Assembly (NCBI GenBank): GCA_039545335.1 | Contig: BCIN01000004.1 | Coordinates: 248,001 to 296,649 of the forward strand | DNA: 48,649 bases | DNA from: Kondoa subrosea | Lineage: Eukaryota | Direction of reading: 5' to 3' | In this document: positions 23,778 through 36,749 of the stretch, one piece after another | Numbering within the stretch: position 1 is the stretch's first letter | Layout of the letters: the number at the start of each line of letters is the position of its first letter | Notes under the pieces: generated by a model | The model's input: only the letters and a program-made list of their open reading frames with translations | The model's database searches: none | Told to the model about the DNA's origin: nothing | Position numbers and translations under genes: made by a program

Positions 23778-26700
23778 ATGTCCTTGAGGAGTGCTCTGTC
23801 TTCCGAACCAGGCGATGGGCACAACAGAACTTCAAGCATTGGAAGTGTGCTGAATGACGATAGAGTCTATCAGTTCGCGCTCCGTGTAGCTTACTTGGCC
23901 TACATTACTACGGTCAAGCCTCAATCAGAGCCACCTGCTACACCTACACAAGCCTCGGTGTCTGCTAGCTCAAATGCAGGACATAACCGAACTCTGTCAA
24001 GAGGTGATGGCTGGACTACTGCGCTGAATTCGTTGGGCGATATCTTTGGTCCTTCACGCTCAAGAGAAGGTGTTCGCTTTCCGAAAGAATTCATCAAGGC
24101 TTTAGGAACGAAAATTCAAGCTATTGCAACAGGATCAGATCAACAACATCGAGACGAACTCTTCAGAGCTACAGTTGGAGCTTTCTATGGATCTTATAAT
24201 AATCCTATGATTCAGAAAAACTTGAAAGAGAATCGTAAAGTGGAAGAATTGATCATTACTTTCGTCTCTTCTGCTCAAGCTGTGCTCAAACGTCGTTTTC
24301 CTGACTCGGAAGCATGGAAAGACTTATTGATGCAACATGTGGGACTCTTTGTAGCTGTATTAAGGGATACACTACGAGGAAAGGATGTAGCGCAAAGGCA
24401 TGTGTCGAAAGAATTGATGGACCGACTCAATTCGTACCTCGAACGACTGTCTTCTTCGACACCTGCTACCCCGAATTTGGCTGCCAGTACCATTGGGGAG
24501 GGATATGTCTCTGTTGAACCGCCAATCGCATCGACAAGCGCTACACCTTGGTCTGGATCAGCATCTATACAAGACATGGAGATGGTCAAGCAAGTTGGAG
24601 TGGTTTTCCACAAGCCAGATGCACAATTGCAGCGAGATATGATTGCTGTCAAGAGGATATGTGATGAAAAGGTAGCTTCCTGCTTGGATTGGTAATCTTC
24701 TTGCTTACTGTGTTTCGTCCCTCTCCCTATAGATAGCGCTACGAGATCTCAAAACATGTATAAGCCTCGTCAACCAAAATGCTAGATTTCCTGGACGAAG
24801 GGAAGACTTTGATTCGGACGATGCGTACCGAGATTGGCGCAAAGCAGAACTCGACTATCTTCAGCAGCAAATTCTTACCCTAGCAACGGTCAACCGCGAT
24901 GCCTTCCGTTCAGAACAACGCATAGCACCGACTACTCCTTCTACAAATGGTCGACCTATTTCACTTTCTGTTTCCACTTCCAGTTCATCTGGTTTTGCGG
25001 GATTTTTACCCTCGCCACATGCTCGCACACCCTCTCTTGGGGGACGTGCATCTGCTCTCGACTACTTCTCCACTTCGACGTCCACTCCTAGCTTAGCAGC
25101 TTCAAGTACACCTTTTTCCGATGACAGTGGGTTCCAATCAGAAGAGGTGTTAGCAAACCCTGCACAATCTTCTGCGGAAACGCCAGCTGCGGGCCAAGAA
25201 TTCACATATATTCCTCCGGCACCTCGGTTATTTTATTCTCGTTTGCTCGATATTTGCTTGGAGTATGATTTGGACGTATTGAAGAATCTCGAACCAGACG
25301 AAGAAGTGTCTTTACGAATCTTATCACGACAAAATAGCGCCCTGCTAGCAGAATGCGCAAGTCGTTGGCGTGTACAACCGACGACCTGTGGTGTTATGTT
25401 TCTGGAAGCAATCGCGCAGAAATATCAAACAGATGAAGTGCCTCTTATTCAATGCGTTGTGGAAGCTATGCAGGATGTGCAAAAAGCGGCAGAATCATGG
25501 GATTTTGATAATTGGATCATTGTTGACGTAAGTCCAGCTTTTGTTTTGCCCCAAGCATCGTCTGATGCTAACGTCCGACAGCGTCTTCAATTGCAAGATG
25601 TTCTTTCCTCTCTTTTTGATACTCTGATACGTAGAATGTATGACGCTGTGCAAAATCCAGACAACATCTCGCCAGATGAAGTACACCTCTTGCACGAAAC
25701 AGTCGAGCAAGTGCACAACAACCCACTCTTCCAAGAAGGCCCCGCTCGCGATCTGCCTCAACGTTTCAAAGAACTTCGAGAAGCTATCGAAATGGTTGCA
25801 GCTTATCAGTATGATCAAAGGCGGCAGGCTAGTCTTTACACGCCAGCCGTCGCGCAAGATCCGCATGCATATATCATCGAGCTGCTACGATTGCTCGATT
25901 GGTTCACGAGTGCTGTACAGAGAATAGACAAGCTTTTCCGGGTTCCAGTTCTTGAGCGAGTTTTATCTCACATCTTTCTTAAAATAAGCTGATGTTGGTA
26001 ATGGTAGTCAAGTAGACTTCACTTCTATCTATGTCTCTACCTGTGCACCGATGTTTACAGAAGATTTGCAGCAGAGCTCCCAAGTTATATCTCACCTATT
26101 ATCTAATCAACAACCACCTGTCTCGGAAGAAGTATCTGCCAAGCGAGAGAAGGATATTCGTGCTCTATACGAAAGTGTACGCGAATTGCTAAGAATGCAT
26201 AAGGCTTTCTGTCAAGAGTCAGTCAAAGTCTGTTCTCCATTGCATCGAACTGATCAGTGATCAGGCAAGAACTCGATATTGATCTCATGCCTTTTGAGCC
26301 GTATGTCTACAAATGGCTCGCAGCGACGCATGCCAAGACGCTCGATTGGGTCCAACGTGCTGTAGGCGCTGACAAAGTGAGTAGCTATCATGATTATTAT
26401 TTACATATCATTGATGTTCGACTTCAGTTCGAACCGGAAGGGTCAGATCACCACAGCTCATCTATCGTGGACTTGATCGAATCATGCAAGTCAGCAGTCG
26501 CGTTCGTGCAGAATCTAGAATGGCCTGATCCAGTCGCCAACGCACTCTTTTTCACGCGCTTGTCGCACGTATGTCTTTCCTTAAGCTTTTAGCTTGTCTC
26601 AACGCCGATGCTCATCTGTCTCACAGACAATTTCTAAAGCTATCGAAGAATACTGTCAAAAATTAGAAAGTCTCTTCATGTCGGAAATGTTCCCGATAAG

Positions 26701-28726
26701 ACCAGAAGACCTGGCAGGCATCGATGAGCAGAGATCAGCATGGTTGGTCAAAGCAAAAGGATTGTATCAAGCAGACAAGAAGGCAGAACCCTTTGCCCTT
26801 GATCCCGCTGTAAGTTGATTACTTACCGACGAGTTGCTATCCTGACTTCCTTTCAGTCATTGGTCAAGCTGAACAATATCCAAGCTGCGAGAAATCTTCT
26901 CGACAAGATGTACACCGCTATTGATGCTGATGCGGTAGCAGACATTGCAGAACAGCAAGCTCCAGCTGTGCCTGACAAGTCATCCGCCGCTAGAAATCTC
27001 TTTTCAATCAAAGTTGTATTGGCTGAGAATCTGGCCTCGCCGAACGGTACCACATCGAAACCAAATCCTTTCTTAACGTTATCAAATCCTGCTGGCGAAC
27101 GCTTAGCCAAGACTCGGACGTTATACGACACCAGTGATCCAAGATGGTCAGAGACCTTTGACATATCGGTCACTGGATCCCTTTGGCTGGCAGCAACAAC
27201 ATACAGCCGAAATCTAGTAGAAGATCACAAATTCATGGGCAGAGCTCTAGTTCATCTCGATCCTCGCAAGTACGATGACTACTTGCCTCACGAACTATGG
27301 CTAGACCTGAACACACACGGTCGTCTGCTTGTCCGCATAAGCATGGAAGGCGAGAAGGATGATATTCAGTTCTATTTCGGCCGCGCTTTCCGGTCGCTGA
27401 AGCGTACAGAAGCTGACATGGTCCGCATCATTGTTGACAAGGTATGTGCTTATCGACCTTTGGCATATGACAGCTCATATAAGGGATCGCAGATGTCGCC
27501 TATGATTCGACAGTTCCTCTCTCGCCAAGTTCTGAAATCGTTGGTGAAGAAGGGCGGCTTCAACTTTGATCTCAATCTCAAAGATCTTCGTATCAACGAG
27601 AAGCTGAAAGACATCAAGCTGGACAAGCTGAAAAGCATGTTTGCTTCGCAGAGCAATGATCTGCCGGAAATACCACCCTTCGAAGGCGATATTCCAAAAT
27701 CGAGACCAACATCCAAGACAGAAGGAAAGCCTAGGGAAGCAGGTCTTACAGACGCAGAGATTGAGGAAGCCATTGGTCCGCTATTCGAATACTTTGAGGT
27801 CAACTTTGCCACAGTGAAAGGCACTCTGAATGACACGGGTAAGTCTCTTCTCGGGCAGAGTAACTATTGTGCTTATCTCTTCAAATAGCTTTCAATATCG
27901 TGATGGGCAAGATCTGGAAAGAGATTCTTTCCGTCATAGAAAGCCTTCTTGTTCCGCCGCTGTCTGAAGTTCCAGCTGAAATGCGTCCTCTGACCGACAA
28001 AGAAGTGTACATCGTCATTCGCTGGCTTAAGGTCTGTTGTTTGAGATCATGCTTTACCTTGCTGATCATCAATCTAGGGCTTATCGAACTTTTTCTATGC
28101 TGAAGGCGAAGGCGTTCCAATAGAAGAGCTACATAATGCTCGCTTCCGTCAAATTCTCGCACTACCGCTCTTCTACGAAATGCATACCGATAATTTGAGT
28201 AAGGCTTTCTCTTCTTGATTTTGAAATATCGCTAAGCACTTTTGACAGTGATGGAGTGCAATCGTGCCTTAAATCAAATGATGAACAGTGGAGTCGGTGC
28301 CAAACGCGGCATGACTAGAAGCAAGTCTGTCTATCAGCAAAGAAATCTAGGCACAATACGCCAGCGAAAGAAAGACAAACGGCAAGAGAAAGATGTTGGA
28401 AGTGCTGAAATGATGATGCGAATTCTGCGAATGAGGTGCACTCTCTGTCCCTGCCATTCCAGAGCTTTACTTACAGCTTTGAGTAGACCCAACACTCAAG
28501 ATTTCTTGTCGCAGCAGATCGACACTTTGAACAAGATCTCACAAGTAGGGCTCATCTTCCGATTGGAGGGTATAGCTGACATATATCATCTATTGAATAG
28601 GAAGCAGCCAAACCTGTCCTCAATCGAAGAGCCAACTCAGATATAAGTCGTCTGAGAGGAGCGGCACACCGACGAGCAAAAGACTCTTTTCCCGCTCCAC
28701 CTGCAATCGCGGAAGACTATAGATGA
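23778..28726 (+). CDS. C2 plus Munc13-homology-domain protein (S. pombe Git1 / yeast YOR296W-like), multi-exon
   Basis: YQFALRVAYLAY, RKVEELIITFV, WVQRAVGADK|FEPEG...HSSSIVDL (MHD1), the C2 domain FSIKVVLAENL...KTRTLYDTSDPRWSETFD, and MEGEKDDIQFYFGRAFRSLKRTE. Confidence 0.85.
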
Positions 28727-29087
28727 TAATATAGCAGTATCTAGTATTTGTTACAATTATTGGCATTGTGATACCCTTTTCATTTAGGATTTGTATGCTT
28801 GAAAGTTTTATTACACTGTTGTATCGTTAATTATATAGTCGTTAGCTACTAATACATTGGCATTCATCTGACTAAACTTTCGTGCCGAGCAAGCTTCAGC
28901 AGACACTTCTGCTCATCCGAAAGGCCGACAAATCACGCGAGAACGAGCTTAGACGGTGCTTCGCAGGCTTTCCGGTCCAGCATGGAGTAACGGTGCTGCT
29001 TGACATTCGAATCGATCGTCTCCGCTTAGCTGCCAGCCTCATTGCAAAAAGTCAGACCGTTCTGACGAATCGTCTTCTATTTTCCGG

Positions 29088-30322
29088 TCACGATCCATTT
29101 TGCGGTGTAAAACGCTTGACAGTAGCTGCTGAGAATTTAGTACCGCAAGTCGTACAATTTGGAATAGCAGAACAGAAGACTGCACATGTCATCAAAACTC
29201 TTCCTTACAGACGCGAAACAAGGGAGGAAGAACTGACTTGAAAGACAGACAGAGCAGACGTAGCCTATATCTACTATCCTTCGATGACAGAAACAAGCGG
29301 CTCTTAAATCGACAGAATCTTGTAATGGCATATTAAGGTGTTTGCGAATTGCTCGACCAGGCAAGAAGAACATCTGGACCCCAAAAGATCAGTGCTGTCT
29401 GTGTGAACGCAAAGACGGATCACCTACCATGAGGTATTGCAGAAGGCCTTCAGCATGTTCTAGACGATAGTAAGCGCCTCCTGTGAGATGGGATGCTTGT
29501 TGCAGAAAGACGGTATCGCCTCCGTAGATCTTGCAAACATCAATAGGTATGCTCTGTTTCGCCATGAGAGCGAATTCCAAGACTACGAGAAGATACACTC
29601 ACTGTCTTTTGGGCGGAAAAGATACAATTCATGATTGGAATATACTGAGCTGAAGAATCGGCTGTCACACTTATTATGAGAATTCTGGCCTTCGGTGTAG
29701 TCTTTGCGTCCGATTTGGAAATGCGATTGATGTCTGTAGCTAAGTCAGCTCGTAGTGAGAAATGAAGCAATACAACGTACGAGATAGACTCTTTGCTAAA
29801 GCTCCAACAAGACCCATGCGGCCTGAGAAGATCGTAAGCGACTTACTAATGCGTTGATCGCGCAACTCACCATCTCCTTCATCCTCTGTCTCGTGCATCA
29901 TCTGAGACAGTCCATCCGAAACTCGCGCATCCACAAATCGAAACTGCTGATAGCTGTTTGCGTCTGGCTTAACTTGTCCGCCGACAGCAGTGTCCGGAAG
30001 CAGAGATGAAAAAATCAACTTGCTGTTCCCCGAACGAAGATCTCAGCTCTCTTCATGCATTGGCCAAAAGATCTTACACACCTTGTTCCTCGACTGGCTC
30101 CATAAATCGCTACTTGATTCTCATCTCTCAAAGCCAGATGTGCGTTGCAGAAGGTCAACAAGCTCTCCAGGGCTCGCTGCAATGTAATGCATTTCGAATC
30201 TTGTTCTGCCAATCCCCAAGAAGCTGGATTAACATCGAGCTGGGCATACTGCGTCAGCCTTGCTAGACAGACTTTTCGAGCAGACGCACAATGATTGAGA
30301 CGATATCAGGATCAGTTTGCAT
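29088..30322 (-). CDS. TFB4: TFIIH core subunit Tfb4/p34, multi-exon, ends approximate
   Basis: [67 protein letters not shown] and a C-terminal CTTC. Confidence 0.93.
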
Positions 30323-30755
30323 TTCTGTTTACAGTCAAGCTGGCATTTATAACTCGCTCGCAAACTACTTCGTGTCGCACAATTGCAATGTGCGCGTTAT
30401 CTATGGAAGAGAAATCTCCAGTGACCGTCTTGGACCGTCATCGAACTCACATTCTTGCTGCTGTTGTTCATAATCGATGATCCTTGGACGCGCGCGACTA
30501 ACAACTAACAAGGCCTACTAGCCAATGGAAGGGCGCCGAGTGCCGAGAAGAATCAAGTCCTGGTCCAGCAGGCAGTCCCACAATCCAGTCTGAAAATGGC
30601 ATGTTTTTGTGTTGTCACTTTCCCCTATCCAGCTCAAAACTCACTTTCGCGAAGTCTTTCTCTTTCTTTTCCATTCACTTCGATTCTCTCACTCTCTCAT
30701 ACGCTAAGACTAGCATCCACACTCCTTACACTTCACACTCCTTTCAATACTAAAC

Positions 30756-31857
30756 ATGAAGTACTCAATCGCTCTTTTGGCTTCCCTCTTGCTTGTTCCC
30801 TCAACTTTGGCAGCATCAGGAAGGAATCTTGCGTCTCGAACAATGCACAAGCGATCAAGGCCTTCAATTGTTTCCACCTGTCGCAAATCTGGTCAATTCG
30901 CTGTGAGTTTGGAACATCCCTTTCAATCAGATCATTTCTGACGCGTCTTTTCCATAGCTTACTTTCGATGATGGCCCATATGATTATCAGAACGAGATCT
31001 CAGACAAGCTTTCCAATTCAGGAGCAACCGGAACATTCTTTGTCAATGGCAACAACTGGGTTAGTGTTTACTTGTCGCGTTCTTTACTCAGCCTGACCAT
31101 CTCATGATAGGCTTGCATCTATGATCATGCCGAAGAACTTCAAGAAACTTTCAGACAAGGACATGTGATTGGGTTAGTCAAATTCGCTCCTCTTCTCGGA
31201 TCAATGCTCATTGTTCCTCCTTAGTTCTCATACTTGGACGCATGCAGATATTACTTCTCTTTCCGATGATGATATCAAGAAGGAGGTCCAAAAGGTTGAA
31301 GTTGCCCTTAAGAAGATCTTGTTAGTCTTTCCTCTTGCATTGCTGGTCGCTCTTTATTGACGCATGCATTTCTTAGGGGTGTCAAACCAGCTCTTTTCCG
31401 TCCTCCTTATGGTGCATATGATGAGCGAAGTCTTCGAGTGATTCAGAACATGGGTTACACTCGTAAGTCCTTCTTTCCCTGCATTCTTTCGATCAGTGAG
31501 CTGATCCTTTATTCCTCAGCTATCCTTTGGTCTTTCGACTCTGGAGATTCAGTTGGCGACTCTGTTTCTCAATCCAAAGCTCTATACGCCAAAGTTGCTA
31601 AATCGTACCCAAAACCTCAAATTGGTCTGAACCACGAAACTTACCAATCAACCGCTAGAGAAGTTTTGCCTTACGCTATTCAGCAACTTCAATCCAAAGG
31701 TTACAAGCTGGTTTCTGTTGCTGAATGCTTGGGTCAATCGCCTTATCAACGTACTTACACTCAATCGTTGCCAAAACGAGATGTAAGTTTTCTTCTTCTC
31801 TATCTGATTGTTTGTATATTGATGAGCTTGAATGTTTAGGCTTCATGGAAATGCTAA
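30756..31857 (+). CDS. Secreted carbohydrate esterase family 4 (chitin deacetylase-like, NodB domain)
   Basis: Signal peptide plus KR. Motifs LTFDDGP, TFFVNG, SHTWTH, FRPPYG, DSGDS and LNHE. Confidence 0.92.
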
Positions 31858-32112
31858 AAGCAAAGATGAAGATACATCGCGTTTGGGGATAACTTTCAAT
31901 AATTGTGGCATAGTATTGATAAAAAGGCTGGACCTCTATTACTTTTAAAGATACAGAATAAACGATTAATCTAATGCAAATTATGTGCTGTTCATGACCT
32001 GTTCACAGCGACGCGTTCTGCCTTCCTTTGCTTTCGGTTTGCTACGTCATTACGGGATTCTTACAAATTGTCGATTTCGGCTTGAGAATTCGATGTTTGC
32101 GTCTTGCTCTGA

Positions 32113-33301
32113 ATGACCACTTTGCTCTTGAGATCAAGAACAACTAGACCTCTCACTACACAGATCAGAACGATGAGCGACGTAAAACCAACTCGTGAGC
32201 TCCCCTTGCGCTGCCCTCACATCGCGTCTTCGATGGAATCTGATTCTGTCCTTGAACGCGCGCAGCTAACACCAACACCAAAGATCTCAATAGATCTGGA
32301 TTGACTCCAGAGGAATCCAAGGTGAGTTGTCCCTTACTGGTGCGAACGTCGCCAGGATCGAGCTGATCTTGGATCATTCGAATTGATAGCGATTGGCTCC
32401 TCGTACACCCTCAGCTGAAGAGAAACCTTTCCTTGAACGTCTCTACACTATGTATTCTTGCAACAACAAGATCTCCGATGATACTTACAGCATGTTCGCT
32501 CAAGATGCTACGTAAGCATTCCTTCTCGTGTATATCTTGCGTGAGGCATGCCTGATACTACTACGATGACCAGCTTTCACGATCCCGTAGGATTTGCGAC
32601 TCCACAAAGCAAAATCCGCGAACAATTTAATGGTAATGCAATGTTAATGTAATGCAGGAGATCAAACTAATTTGAAGTTTCGCTGCAAAAGGTCTGCACA
32701 AGATTTTCGAGAAGGCTACTGTGGACAAGCAGCAGTTGCTCACTAATCCTCCTGCGTGAGTTTAATCTCACTATATTCCCGTCATCGAGCTGATATGCCT
32801 TTAGTTTGCCCGATACTACTCTTCTTGTCGATCAGGTCATCACTTACTATCGCAAAGCTGATCAGGACAAGCCTACCAAGAGTGAGAGCGGTTACATCAT
32901 GTTGCGCAACATCAAGCTGATACAAAGATCCAGCTGTTAACTCTTTGATCACCATGGAACGTAATGCCCAGGGCAAAGTCACCTGGTTACAGGAAGAGGC
33001 GAGTCTTTACCCATTCTCTCGACTTCTGTGTGCTAATTCTTGTTTCTGGACAACAGTGGGACCATAAGGTTCGTCTTGAGAGCGTTTGACCTTCCTTTTA
33101 ATCTGCTCACTGCTGTCTACAGGGAGAGAAAGACTCATCTGACGGTTTCATTGGGCAACGTGAGTCATTCGGGACGCGATTTTTTGCTTGCTCACGATGT
33201 TGCTCCCGATTTGAATCCCAGTTTCTGAATGGCGCAAGAAGCTCACTGTTGCTTTGAGCGGCATGGGCTTGCCCGACGACCCTGCCAAGGTTCAAAAGTA
33301 A
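32113..33301 (+). CDS. SnoaL/NTF2-like small protein, many exons, two in-frame ATGs (32113 and 32173)
   Basis: The spliced product includes YSMFAQDATFHDPVGFA...IREQFNGLHKIF...LLVDQVITY...VNSLITMER...GKVTWLQEEWDHK. Confidence 0.7.
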
Positions 33302-33809
33302 GACCACAATCCCAGTCAAAATTGGCAAAGATGTAATATAGTATGCAAGTAAGCAATGAAAGAACAATCACGAGCTTCTCTGGAACACGTCTCTCCTGTG
33401 TACAATCCTGCTAGCTTCTCTCCTAACTTCATCATGACCGGCTAATGCAAGCTTATGCTAGCCGATCGCTGCTGTCCAAGGCGAAGCATGCCTTCTTCTA
33501 CCCTCGTCTAATCGTATTAATTTTCACTATTCGTCCAGCTCATTCTTGCAAGAATACTACAGCTAGTCTCCCTGAGACATCTCATCTCACTGTTGGTCTG
33601 TTGCAACCTGATCTAAGGAAAACGAAGCAGATGAGACAATCTAGTTGAAACCTTTAAGCTGCTCTCGCTGTATGTATGGACAACCATCTGTCCTAGACGA
33701 GTTACAAGTCCGTATAGGCGGACGACAAAGCTATATCAAATCATAATTGTAATGCACAAAGGTACCAAATATAAGACTACACCCAACCATCCTCCGGCAC
33801 TGAGCCTAC

Positions 33810-36016
33810 TCAGGCAGCCTCGCTCTTGCGCTTCTTCTTTGACTTCTTCTCTCCCTCTTCGCCATCACCTGTCGATTTCCTCTTCTTCGACTTTTTGGAT
33901 GCAGCATCTGATGCTCCATTCGTGTCAGCAATACTCGCAGGCAGTGCTGAAGTTGAGTCATCTATCGCTGCTGCAGCTGCTGCTTTAGCTGCTTTCTTGG
34001 CTTCCTTCTTGAGTCGCTTCGCTTCTGCTTTGGCCTGTTCAAAGCCATCAGTACATCATATGTTTGAGACTTCAGAGTATACATACAGCTTCATCATCAT
34101 CGGCGATATCGGCTGCTGATTCAGGTACAGGCGCATCGGTATCCATAGCTTCAGACTTCCTCTTCTGTACAGTTCAACTAGAAATCAGCACGAAGCTAAT
34201 CCAACGAAGAGTACTCTTACCTTTTTGTCCTTCTTCTCTTTCTTCTCCTTCTTGCTCGATGATTCAGCTTGAACCTCCTCTATCAGCGGCGCTCCATTTG
34301 TAGCAGCTTTGACTTTAGCAGGAGTATGAGCAGTAGGGATCAAGAAATCAGTAGCAGGATTGTAAGTAGTATTGCCATTAGTTTTGAGTTCGAACTTCTG
34401 TTGATTTGTAGGAGCATTGTTTCTCTTAACGTTAGTTATACCTAACCCAGCTTCCAATTGTCTTAACCTCGCTTCCAATTTCGCCCTTCCCATAATTCCA
34501 ATAGAAGCAGCTTCATCTGTTGATTTGGTATCCGCATCGGCCAAAGCATCGTATCGAACAGCCAAAGAAGTTTTTCCAGCAACCATTCTTGCCATTTTAC
34601 CCTTGAGTTGTTGAGGTGCTGAACCAACTAAAGAAGCATGGAAGAGTAAACCATATTTCGGGGTATCATGTTTGGTTTTCAAAGCTCTGAACAAAGCTTT
34701 TTCTGCTCCCAAAATTTGTACAGTTGAAGCTGGAGCTTTGGCTAAATTCATCAAGGAACCAGTATGAGAAATCAAACGAGCGCCAACGAGTTCTCCAACT
34801 AAAGCAGTCAAATTCGGTGCAATGGCAGCCATTCGATTCTTGAGGTATTCGTAAAGTTCGGTTCGGTAAGAAGTAATAGAGACTACTTGTTCGGCTAAGA
34901 GGTTGATGTGAATCAGATCGGACGCAGAGATTTCAGTTCCCATTGAGATGATGGCCGCTGCTTTCAAGGTTTCTTCGAGATCTTCAGGCAGGATGGTAGA
35001 GAAGTCGGTTGTGGCAGCGTTCGTTCGGTAACCTATGAACATACGATCAGATCACGTCAAATAAGCGACAGCATAAAACTTACCCATTGCGATGATGCAT
35101 TTAGCATAAGCCAAATTATCGCTAATGATCTTGGCCATTTCAGGGAAGTGCCAGCCGTACCATTCCTGTTGTTGGAGAACGCACTAAGCATCATGAAGAA
35201 GCCGTATACGTTCTTACCAACCTTTGTTCGCATAGCATAAATGTTGATCTCTTTGTCTAAATCGTCGAGAAGAGCGATAGCTTGGACAATCATAGTGTCC
35301 ACTTTGTCAGGTGAGAACTTGAGCTTGTACCTGTGCGGCACATATCATTGGCTCCACTGGCACCCTGCAATCTGCATTTCGCTGACCTTGAAAGAGAATG
35401 CGATAGACCCAAAGCCATTGTCGAAATATCCTTTTCGTCAACTTCCATATCTCCTAGAAGAGATGCCAGCTGCGATCTGATACCACGGAAGAGATCTTGA
35501 GTGGTAGAATCCGACAAGACATTTAGTGATAGCTTTTTCGAGATAGCTCCGCCTGATGGAACGGATTAGACTATTTTCAATGCCAGCACTCATGCTTTGA
35601 AAGAGCATACCTAATTTTGTATCGCTGACAACGAGAGTCTCCTTTGCCTGCTTGCCTTGAATTTCGTCTGTGAGGAATTTCTTGAGCGATTTGCTGAGTT
35701 TTCCATCTGAAATGGCTGTGATATCTTCTACTGCATCTGCTGTTGACTCGAAGCGATGAATAGATTGAAGTTTGAGTCTGTAACAAATCTTAGCATGAGC
35801 TATTTCGTCTCGCCTAGCAATGCAATGGGAAGCAAATTCACAGATTCGCAGCTGCTTCAGGTGTATCGAATTGCTTGTACAGATCTTTATCGTCTAGCTT
35901 GCCTTGATCATTGAGCTTAAAAAGTGCAAAACCGAGTGAAGTCCTGATGCGAGAAACCTTCAGTTCTAATTGCCTCGTTATACCAGCCAAGCTGCTCACT
36001 CAAACAGGACGAGCAT
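33810..36016 (-). CDS. NOP58: Box C/D snoRNP protein Nop58, multi-exon
   Basis: [71 protein letters not shown] and a KKE-rich tail. Confidence 0.96.
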
Positions 36017-36749
36017 ACTGGTATCAAGGAGCGTGGATATTGAAGAATGGTCACTTCAAGTCAGGCTGTTCGAAAAATCTTTCAATTTCTTTCAATTTCA
36101 ACCTTCAGCCAAAATGCCCAACCACAATTGGTATGAGCTAAGCCCGCGCTTATCAGCAATGTTCTATTCGCTCAGTCACTTCCTTCGCACCGCTGCCAGC
36201 ATGCAACGCAGACCCAAATTTCCTTCGTTTGAAGTTCAGATCTTTCCCCTTCACAGCGGCGTCGTGTTGCCTTGCGAAGGACCTACTTGTCGAAGAAGAA
36301 GGTACCGCTGGTATTACTGCATGATAATCTCCAAGTTTCTCAAGGCGAATTGTCAATCTTCTCTGTTCCCTGTTTCCCTCTTGCGTTTGCCTTTCTTCCC
36401 GGAATGATTATATCCGTTCCGTGTTGGCTATTACCAATCTCGTGTCCTTCTCTGGGCTCTCACGATGCTCACGACGTACAATCTTCGCTTTCTCACCGAA
36501 GTTGGACGGATTTGGCAATGAAGTCAGCCTTTCCCCAGATCCTCATCAGGGGTAACTCTGATTAACCAAAGGCGGGTGAGCGGATCGCGTTCGTCGCTGC
36601 AGATCAGAGATGTGCCTCAAGCCGCCCAGCTCAAATGAAACAAATGACGCCGAAGTTTCCTCATGTGAAGCTGTTTCCTTTTTCCCTCTGTCGGCTCTCT
36701 GTCTTGTCCTTCTATCGTCTTGGGATCTTCTGTATCCACTCTCGCAACC

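Noticed and set aside
28882..29241. Antisense and alternative-frame ORFs in the track (also 497-712, 9674-10030, 13480-13956, 27450-27836, 44077-44598)
   Set aside because: These are shadow ORFs overlapping better-supported genes.
33330..33760. Box C-like ATGATGA downstream of NOP58 as a possible snoRNA
   Set aside because: There is no suitably placed box D (CTGA) or terminal stem, and no recognisable rRNA guide.
36525..36550. CUGAUGA...GAAA on the minus strand resembling a hammerhead ribozyme core
   Set aside because: Stem II cannot form (G opposite G before GAAA), and no stems I or III are evident.
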